Positions 1-9,791 of a DNA stretch of 64,000 nucleotides are shown here, one piece after another (the stretch's first letter is position 1; the number at the start of each line of letters is the position of its first letter). Source of the stretch: Macrostomum hystrix (Eukaryota; Animalia; Platyhelminthes); contig CATNEN010000035.1 of the NCBI GenBank assembly GCA_950097015.1, positions 124,001-188,000 of the forward strand, given 5' to 3'. The notes beneath the pieces are model-generated. The model was not told where the DNA came from. It was given only the letters and a program-made list of their open reading frames with translations, and made no database searches. The translations under genes were made by a program, and so were the position numbers.

Positions 1-416
1 GTTCCACTTTCGCCGAAGGACCGACCAACAACGATTTCGAGTCCACCGACTAGGTCCTTGTCGGCGTTGTCCCTGTCGCAGCTGCTGAGTCAGGAAGCAA
101 GAGCGGCGGCAGACTATGGTGCTAATATTCCTGACAGCCCAGTTGGCTACGAGCGCTATGTTCGAGAGAGAATGCTGCAGCACAAGCGAATGTCCGTGCG
201 CCGGGCCCTGCTGTGGGATGCCGCAGCGGCTCCCGCGGTACCTTCGCGGCCATCAGCAGCGCCTGTCAACCGGCCAACCGATCGACTCTCGCCTCCGCCT
301 CCACCTCCGAGGCGTCGGATGTTACATCGCGAAGTGTCACCGGCTGCGAAGGCACCATACGGTCAGCAGCTGAGATGTGAAATTTATCAGCAATGGTACA
401 ATCGTGTTATTCCGTT

Positions 417-484
<68 letters not shown>

Positions 485-570
485 TTAATAACCAATCTAG
501 TAGAGGAACTTATTTCCATAATCGTCAAAAAGTTTTTGATGCAACCGAATGGAAAGAAACCCTGGTTTAA
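1..570 (+). CDS. 3' part of the terminal coding exon of an unidentified gene (5' partial); Pro/Arg-rich with polyQ, ending ...FDATEWKETLV
   Basis: Frame +1 is open from base 1 to TAA at 568-570. Composition is GC-rich and coding-like, followed by an abrupt switch to AT-rich sequence. No domain recognised. Confidence 0.6.
418..483 (+). repeat. (CAG)22 trinucleotide repeat encoding polyQ
   Basis: 22 uninterrupted CAG units counted, in frame with the ORF above. Confidence 0.95.
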
Positions 571-1018
571 TTAACTTTTTTTCAGACGAATATTTACTTA
601 ATATTATATTCACTCTTCTGTTATAAATATACTTTAACCATCTGAGGATCTTGTACAAATTAAAGAAAGTCATAATTTTTTTTTAATTTGTTCACTAGTG
701 GCTAGTGTGTTTATTCAAAGAATGTAAACAGTTTTCAAAGGAACCGTTAGACAGTTGCCCAGTTGGCACGTCGAGGCCTCCAAATCACGTGACTAGCCCA
801 CAGCCCTGGGAATGAGTCACCAGGGTTTAGTGGAATACTCCTATATTACTAGTGCGTAACACGATATAACCTACCTAAAAGCCACGAATAAAGCAAAGAT
901 AAAGTAGACAGAAAAGCATTAGGTTGCTCTGACCCACACCTACCTGAAGGCTGTCTAATAAACAAATAAATTACTTTTAATAAAATCTGGCGAGAAAGTT
1001 AAGCTGTATAAGCGAGAA

Positions 1019-4000
1019 ATGCAGAGACATTTACCGGAGTGTCAGGTGCAAATTGTCAGTTTGAGAGTTACTGACGTCAGATTTCCTACGTCCGACGGCC
1101 TTCACGGCTCCGATGCTATTGTGAGTTGTGCCATAGACTATTGATGATTGATTATCGACTACTTTTTTGCCTATAAGTGGTTTGAGCACAATGAGGGCAG
1201 GTGTTATAAATCATACAAATTATATATTATAATAATACAAACTTAATATCACAATAATTGAATACATGATAAACTTCATAGCACCCGGATCCAGACTATT
1301 CTGCGGCCTACGTTGAATTGGCCACCAATCAAGTCGGTCTGAAGGGCTGCGGCTCCGCTTTTACACTTGGCCGGGGCACAGAAGTCAGTGAGTGGAGTTA
1401 ATCGCTTTTTAACCAAACAAGGGAAGGCAAGTAAGTAGGTAGAACGCATAGAGTGATGACTTTAAGTTCGTGATAGGGTTATTTTGTTGGGGTTTAAAAA
1501 TGATGGGTGATTAAATGCATCAGAGGACTGAGGTGGTTGTTTAGTTGGAGGATTGAGGTGGTTGGTTAGTAGGAGGACTGAGGTGGTTGGTTAGTAGGAG
1601 GACTGAGGTGGTTGGTTAGTAGGAGGACTGAGGTGGTTGTTTAGTTGGAGGATTGGGGTGGTTGGGGATTGAGGTGGTTGGAGGATTGAGGTGGTTGGAA
1701 GATTGAGTTGGTTAGAGGATTGAGGTGGTTAGAGGAGTGAGGTGGTTTGAGAAGTGAGGTGGTTGAAGGAGTGAGGTGGTTTGAGAAGTGAGGTGGTTGG
1801 AAGAGTGAGGTGGTTGGAGGAGTGAGGTGGTTGGAGGATTGATGTGTGTGGAGGAGTGAGGTGGTTGGAGGAGTGAGGTGGTTGGAGGAGTGAGGTGGTT
1901 GGAGGATTGATGTGTGTGGAGGAGTGAGGTGGTTGGAGGAGTGAGGTGGTTGGAGGAGTGAGGTGGTTGGAGGAGTTAGGTGGTTGGAGGAGTGAGGTGG
2001 TTGGAGTATTGATGTGTGTGGAGGAGTGAGGTGGTTGGAGGAGTGCGTAGGTCCATGTTTAAGGTTCAAAATTATTGTGTAAGCGAAAGACATTTGTAGG
2101 ATAGTTTGCCAAGCAAATCGGACACAATTCTACTGTATAAGTTATTTGCCACTATGCTTTTCAGTCGTCAAAAATATCCAGTCACTGAAGCATTACGTTG
2201 AGGGCAAGAAATTGGAGCCAATTGTGAACGACTTTCGCAATTTTTATCACGCTATAGTCAATGACGGCCAGATGCGCTGGGTGAGAAATTCTGTGGATCA
2301 GTTTAAAGGAAAAAAATAAAATCTGGTTCAGTTATAAACAAGTTGCTGGTACTTCTTTAAGAGTTATGGTTCTTGCTACCCTTCTTGCTTCGATTCTAGC
2401 TACCCTTCTTGCTTCGATTCTAGCTACCCTTCTTGCTTCGATTCTAGCTACCCTTCTTGCTTCGATTCTAGCTACCCTTCTTGCTTCGATTCTAGCTACC
2501 CTTCTTGCTTTGATTCTTGCTACCCTTCTTGCTTCGATTCTAGCTACCCTTCTTGCTTCGATTCTAGCTACCCTTCTTGCTTCGATTCTAGCTACCCTTG
2601 CTTCGATTCTAGCTACCCTTCTTGCTTCGATTCTAGCTACCCTTCTTGCTTCGATTCTAGCTACCCTTCTTGCTTCGATTCTAGCTACCCTTCTTGCTTC
2701 GATTCTAGCTACCCTTCTTGCTTCGATTCTAGCTACCCTTCTTGCTTCGATTCTAGCTACCCTTCTTGCTTCGATTCTAGCTACCCTTCTTGCTTCGATT
2801 CTAGCTACCCTTCTTGCTTCGATTCTAGCTACCCTTCTTGCTTCGATTCTTGCTACCCTTCTTGCTTCGATTCTAGCTACCCTTCTTGCTTCGATTCTAG
2901 CTACCCTTCTTGCTTCGATTCTAGCTACCCTTCTTGCTTCGATTCTAGCTACCCTTCTTGCTTCGATTCTAGCTACCCTTCTTGCTTCGATTCTAGCTAC
3001 CCTTCTTGCTTTGATTCTTGCTACCCTTCTTGCTTCGATTCTAGCTACCCTTCTTGCTTCGATTCTAGCTACCCTTCTTGCTTCGATTCTAGCTACCCTT
3101 GCTTCGATTCTAGCTACCCTTCTTGCTTCGATTCTAGCTACCCTTCTTGCTTCGATTCTAGCTACCCTTCTTGCTTCGATTCTAGCTACCCTTCTTGCTT
3201 CGATTCTAGCTACCCTTCTTGCTTCGATTCTAGCTACCCTTCTTGCTTCGATTCTAGCTACCCTTCTTGCTTCGATTCTAGCTACCCTTCTTGCTTCGAT
3301 TCAAGCTACCCTTCTTGCTTCGATTCTAGCTACCCTTCTTGCTTCGATTCTAGCTACCCTTCTTGCTTCGATTCTAGCTACCCTTCTTGCTTTGATTCTA
3401 GCTACCCTTCTTGCTTCGATTCTAGCTACCCTTCTTGATTCGATTCTAGCTACCCTTCTTGCTTCGATTCTAGCTACCCTTGCTTCGATTCTAGCTACCC
3501 TTCTTGCTTCGATTCTAGCTACCCTTCTTGCTTCGATTCTAGCTACCCTTCTTGCTTTGATTCTAGCTACCCTTCTTGCTTCGATTCTAGCTACCCTTCT
3601 TGATTCGATTCTAGCTACCCTTCTTGATTCGATTCTAGCTACCCTTCTTGCTTCGATTCTTGTTTATAACTTGTGAAGAACTTGACGTCGTCCAACGATG
3701 TCGTCCTCGTATATACAGTACTTGAAGTGGCAGTATAAGTACTTTTATTATATGTGAGCAATTATTGATCACAGGACAGAATTGATCTGCAACTAAAAAT
3801 TACTTGGACAAAATGTATCAAATTACTAAATCCAATCAACAACTTGGAATTGCAACTTTCAGCTGGGCCCAGAGAAGGGCGTCTTGCACATGGCCTGCTC
3901 CGCCATTCTTAACGCCATCTGGGACCTCTGGGCGAAGGTTGAAGGAAAGGTGATCTTGGCAGCATAAAAATAATTTCATGATTTCAAATTTTATTCGCCT

Positions 4001-6510
4001 ATTGTAGCTCATTATTTCCCTCGCTTCAGCCCGTATGGAAACTACTTTCCGATCTAACCGCCCAGCAGCTGGTGAATCTGATCGACTTTACGTACATGTG
4101 AGACTCTACATGTACATCTTCTTATCTATTTATGCACATTTTCACGCCAGCGGGTTTCCCATTTCTATTTTTAGCGACGATTTTCTCACCCCGGAAGAGG
4201 CGCTGAGGATTCTCGCTGAGGATGGCAATGAAAAGGAAAGGGGTAGGAATAAGATCCAGTAGAAGATTTTGTCACTGTCACAAGGAATTCGCAGGAATTT
4301 TCCAAAAAAACTTTCAGAGAACTACTTGCGCACCAACGGCTATCCGGCTTACACCACCTCCGCGGGATGGATAGGCTACTCTGAGCACACTATTCGGGAG
4401 GCGAGTCTTTGACCGATTTCTAGGAATTTCTAAGAATCACTTTATAAAAGAACTTATCTGGCTAAGCTTAACGATGTGATACTCGGGTTGAAAGATGAAG
4501 GGATTTGCTGGTATAAACGTTAAGGTTCTGAGATTTGTGAGCGTGAGATAAGAGGGTGAGATTTTTAATGGTGAGATTTGAAAGGGTGAAATTTGAGGGT
4601 ATAGATTGTAAGTTTGTGAAGGTGTGAGATTTGAGAATTCGCCTCGCTCATTTCTTTGAGCAGCAATACAATCTACTCAGCGCGCAGGGCTTTGATAAGT
4701 TCAAAGTGAAGGTCGGCCAGAACCTGGACAGCGATAAGGCTCGCCTGCGCCTGCTGCGCGAGCTGAGCGGTCCGAGCGGCATTCTGGTGAGCGGGCGAAT
4801 CTTTAGTTTTGCACAGTTGATGCTCTTCAAACACTACTAAGTAGTACGCAAAGCATTTGTTAAATGACCAATAGATGACTGACGCAAATCAGCGCTGGTC
4901 GGTGGCGGAGGCTGCCGACTGGATGCGCCAGCTGGCCGAGTTTCACCTCTACTGGATCGAGGAGCCGACTAGCCCCGACGATGTCCTCGGCCATCGGGCC
5001 ATTCGTCAGGCCCTGCAGCCGCTGGGCATTCGAGTAGCCACCGGGGAGATGTGCCAGAACAAGGTGATGTTCAAGCAGTTCTTCCAGGCCCAGGCGTTGG
5101 ACATCTGCCAGATTGACGCTTGCAGGCTGGCCAGCGTCAACGAGGTGCTTCCGGTGCTGCTGATGGCGGCCAAGGCTGGAGGTGCTTATGACCAGTGTGC
5201 TTATGACCAGTGTGCTTATGACCAATGTGCGTATGACCAGTGTGCTTATGACCAATGTGCTTATGACCAGTGTGCTTATGACCAGTGTGCTTATGACCAA
5301 TGTGCGTATGACCAGTGTGCTTATGACCAATGTGCTTATGACCAGTGTGCTTATGACCAATGCGCTTATGATCAGTGTGCTTATGACCAGTGTGCTTATG
5401 ACCAGTGTGCTTATGACCAGTGTGCTTATGACCAATGTGCGTATGACCAGTGTGCTTATGACCAATGTGCTTATGACCAGTGTGCTTATGACCAATGCGC
5501 TTATGATCAGTGTGCTTATGACCAGTTTGCTTATGACCGGTGTGTTTTTTATCTGTATGCTGATCAAGCAGTACGTCAAGCAGCATAAATATTACAATTG
5601 AAGTCAAACATTTTTGGATCGCAGTTGTTGTGTGTCCGCACGCTGGAGGCTTGGGTCTGTGCGAATATGTCCAGCACTACATCATGCTCGACTATATTCG
5701 TGTTAGCAAGAGCTCGGAAGGCAGGTGAGTTGATCAACGAATCTAATTAAATTTCAAGTGAAAAAAACTATTTTCTATTGTTTGCTCTGCTTCGATAGGA
5801 TGTGCGAATATTCCTCGCACCTGCACGAGCACTTTGTGCATCCGGTTCGAGTTAGGAACGGCGCCTACCTGCCGCCCGAGGTGAGAACAATCATGAATAC
5901 TTTACGAGAGATCTCTCAGGGACACTCAGGATCTCTCAGGGACTCTCGGGATCTCTCAAGGACTCTCGGGGATCTCTCAGGGACTCTCGGGATCTCTCAG
6001 CGACTCTCGGGATCTCTCAAGGACACTCGGGATTTCTCAGGGACACTCGGGATCTCTCAAGGACACTCGGGATCTCTCAGGGACACTCGGGATCTCTCAG
6101 GGACACTCGGGATCTCTCAGGGACACTCGGGATCTCTCAGGGACACTCGGGATCTCTCAGGGACACTCGGGATCTCTCAAGGACACTCGGGATCTCTCAG
6201 GGACACTCGGGATCTCTCAGGGACACTCGGGATCTCTCAAGGACACTCGGGATCTCTCAGGGACACTCGGGATCTCTCAGGGACACTCGGGATCTCTCAG
6301 GGACACTCGGGATTTCTAATGGACACTCGGGATCTCTCAGGGACACTCGGGACCTCTCAGGGACACTCAGGATCTCTCAGGGACACTCGGGATCTCTTAG
6401 AGACACGTAGGATCTCCAACAGACACCTGGGACACATCTGCATCTTCCAGGACGCCGGCTTCAGCTCCGAGATGCTGTCAGGCTCGGTTGACGTGGCGAA
6501 GTTCAATTGA
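1019..6510 (+). CDS. ENOSF1: Mitochondrial enolase superfamily member 1 (L-fuconate dehydratase), 433 aa; exons 1019-1120,1282-1387,2165-2280,3863-3949,4030-4097,4175-4242,4318-4400,4664-4786,4875-5181,5625-5724,5799-5880,6451-6510
   Basis: The spliced translation gives the family motifs [68 protein letters not shown] and HLHEHF. Exon phases are consistent and sum to 1302 nt. All introns are GT-AG except intron 7 (GC-AG). The C-terminus is about 15 aa shorter than human as I recall it. Confidence 0.95.
1524..2045 (+). repeat. G-rich minisatellite (17-bp GAGGAGTGAGGTGGTTG and 25-bp variants) in ENOSF1 intron 2
   Basis: Direct tandem periodicity visible. Confidence 0.9.
2370..3662 (+). repeat. 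24-bp minisatellite GCTACCCTTCTTGCTTCGATTCTA in ENOSF1 intron 3
   Basis: About 54 near-identical units. Explains the spurious [11 protein letters not shown]. Confidence 0.97.
5182..5545 (+). repeat. 15-bp minisatellite GTGCTTATGACCAGT starting at the donor of ENOSF1 intron 9
   Basis: About 24 units; the first GT is the splice donor. Confidence 0.95.
5907..6405 (+). repeat. 20-bp minisatellite GGACACTCGGGATCTCTCAG in ENOSF1 intron 11
   Basis: About 25 units visible. Confidence 0.95.
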
Positions 6511-6719
6511 ATCAGAAGTTTCAAGACACATTTTAAGAGAATTTCTCCAGTTTAACATAGGTTATCGTTGGAATTCTACTAACTAACTGTTATCCCAAAT
6601 ACACACGGTTTCATGAGATCCTATGAGTTAACGCTTTTTCGCTTGATTCAAAATTGTGTGCGTCAATTCTCCCAAAATATCCATTTTGCGTATGATCCAT
6701 TTTGCATATCCATACATTT

Positions 6720-7526
6720 CAGTATGTCCATTCTGTCTGTCAGTATGTCCATTCTGTCTGTCAGTATGTCCATTCTGTCTATCAGTATGTCCATTCTGTC
6801 TGTCAGTATGTCCATTCTGTCTGTCAGTATGTCCATTCTGTCTGTCAGTATGTCCATTCTGTCTGTCAGTATGTCCAATCTGTTTGTCAGTATGTCCATT
6901 CTGTCTATCAGTATGTCCATTCTGTCTGTCAGTATGTCCAATCTGTCTGTCAGTATGTCCATTCTGTCTATCAGTATGTCCATTCTGTCTGTCAGTATGT
7001 CCATTCTGTCTGTCAGTATGTCCAATCTGTCTGTCAGTATGTCCATTCTGTCTGTCAGTATGTCCATTCTGTCTGTCAGTATGTCCATTCTGTCTGTCAG
7101 TATGTCCATTCTGTCTGTCAGTATGTCCATTCTGTCTGTCAGTATGTCCATTCTGTCTGTCAGTATGTCCATTCTGTCTGTCAGTATGTCCATGCTGTCT
7201 GTCAGTATGTCCATTCTGTCTGTCAGTATGTCCATTCTGTCTGTCAGTATGTCCATTCTGTCTGTCAGTATGTCCATTCTGTCTGTCAGTATGTCCATTC
7301 TGTCTGTCAGTATGTCCATGCTGTCTGTCAGTATGTCCAATCTGTCTGTCAGTATGTCCATTCTGTCTGTCAGTATGTCCATGCTGTCTGTCAGTATGTC
7401 CATTCTGTCTATCAGTATGTCCATTCTGTCTGTCAGTATGTCCATTCTGTCTGTCAGTATGTCCATTCTGTCTATCAGTATGTCCATTCTGTCTGTCAGT
7501 ATGTCCATGCTGTCTGTCAGTATGTG
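6720..7526 (+). repeat. 21-bp minisatellite CAGTATGTCCATTCTGTCTGT, 3' of ENOSF1
   Basis: About 38 units. Explains four overlapping spurious ORFs. Confidence 0.97.
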
Positions 7527-8044
7527 CTATATCGTTAAAAAAGTTGAATACATAAATGTTATAGTCAAGGTTGCAGATAAAACAGAGCGTATCTCACATG
7601 TATTTTTGATAACTGATCGATCAGCAACAATTTATTGATTAAGAGCAAACGAGTAACAAAACATCACAAAAATACTCGTAATTGGCACAAAAAAACTGAA
7701 AGGCAATCAACTGATTTCATACAAAAAATCTGACATGAAAAGATTGCAAATAAGTTTTAGAAATAGGACTTTGACTATAAAATTATCTCGCCAATCAATA
7801 ACTGAGTGATTATAATGCAAATGTTTAACTAAATAAGTTTTGGATACTGTACGTGGGAATGAAAACTAACAATAGATAATTTAGGAAGAAATTAAGATAC
7901 TAAAATATTAACACAAGCCTTTGGGTATCACACAAAATTAATCTGTCAAAACAGCAGGCATAAAAAATTATTGATAAGCAAAGATATATTATTGGTAATA
8001 ACTTAGCTGCCAAACTAATGCACCCACTAAGATATTCCAGTGAC

Positions 8045-9770
8045 CCTCTAGTGTCAGGTCTGATGTCAGACATTCACTCTCTAGTGTCAGATCTGATGTC
8101 AGACATTCACTCTCTAGTGTCAGATCTGATGTCAGACATTCACTCTCTAGTGTCAGATCTGATGTCAGACATTCATCCTCTAGTGTCAGATCTGATGTCA
8201 GATATTCACTCTCTAGTGTCAGATCTGATGTCAGACATTCACTCTCTAGTGTCAGATCTGATGTCAGACATTCACTCTCTAGTGTCAGATCTGATGTCAG
8301 ACATTCATCCTCTAGTGTCAGATCTGATGTCAGATATTCACTCTCTAGTGTCAGATCTGATGTCAGACATTCATCCTCTAGTGTCAGATCTGATGTCAGA
8401 CATTCACTCTCTAGTGTCAGATCTGATGTCAGAAATTCATCCTCTAGTGTCAGATCTGATGTCAGACATTCACTCTCTAGTGTCAGATCTAAGGTCAGAT
8501 ATTCACTCTCTAGTGTCAGATCTGATGTCAGACATTCACTCTCTAGTGTCAGATCTGATGTCAGACATTCACTCTCTAGTGTCAGATCTGATGTCAGACA
8601 TTCATCCTCTAGTGTCAGATCTGATGTCAGACATTCATCCTCTAGTGTCAGATCTGATGTCAGACATTCAGTCTCTAGTGTCAGATCTGATGTCAGACAT
8701 TCACTCTCTAGTGTCAGATCTGATGTCAGACATTCATCCTCTAGTGTCAGATCTGATGTCAGACATTCACTCTCTAGTGTCAGATCTGATGTCAGACATT
8801 CACTCTCTAGTGTCAGATCTGATGTCAGACATTCATCCTCTAGTGTCAGATCTGATGTCAGACATTCATCCTCTAGTGTCAGATCTGATGTCAGACATTC
8901 AGTCTCTAGTGTCAGATCTGATGTCAGACATTCACTCTCTAGTGTCAGATCTGATGTCAGACATTCATCCTCTAGTGTCAGATCTGATGTCAGACATTCA
9001 GTCTCTAGTGTCAGATGTGATGTCAGACATTCAGACTCTAGTGTCAGATCTGATGTCAGACATTCATCCTCTAGTGTCAGATCTGATGTCAGACATTCAT
9101 CCTCTAGTGTCAGATCTGATGTCAGACATTCAGTCTCTAGTGTCAGATCTGATGTCAGACATTCACTCTCTAGTGCCAGATCTAAGGTCAGATATTCACT
9201 CTCTAGTGTCAGATCTGATGTCAGACATTCATCCTCTAGTGTCAGATCTGATGTCAGACATTCATCCTCTAGTGTCAGATCTGATGTCAGACATTCATCC
9301 TCTAGTGTCAGATCTGATGTCAGACATTCAGTCTCTAGTGTCAGATCTGATGTCAGACATTCACTCTCTAGTGTCAGATCTGATGTCAGACATTCACTCT
9401 CTAGTGTCAGATCTGATGTCAGACATTCATCCTCTAGTGTCAGATCTGATGTCAGACATTCAGTCTCTAGTGTCAGATGTGATGTCAGACATTCAGACTC
9501 TAGTGTCAGATCTGATGTCAGACATTCATCCTCTAGTGTCAGATCTGATGTCAGACATTCATCCTCTAGTGTCAGATCTGATGTCAGACATTCAGTCTCT
9601 AGTGTCAGATCTGATGTCAGACATTCACTCTCTAGTGCCAGATCTAAGGTCAGATATTCACTCTCTAGTGTCAGATCTGATGTCAGACATTCATCCTCTA
9701 GTGTCAGATCTGATGTCAGACATTCAGTCTCTAGTGTCAGATGTGATGTCAGACATTCAGACTCTAGTGT
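8045..9770 (+). repeat. 33-bp minisatellite CTCTAGTGTCAGATCTGATGTCAGACATTCACT, 3' of WDR41
   Basis: About 52 units, each containing the palindrome TCAGATCTGA. Confidence 0.97.
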
Positions 9771-9791
9771 GAACCTGATAATTCCCAACAG

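Noticed and set aside
785-794. TCACGTGAC E-box/CLEAR-like motif upstream of ENOSF1
   Set aside because: It is a single short motif expected by chance in 64 kb, with no conservation data.
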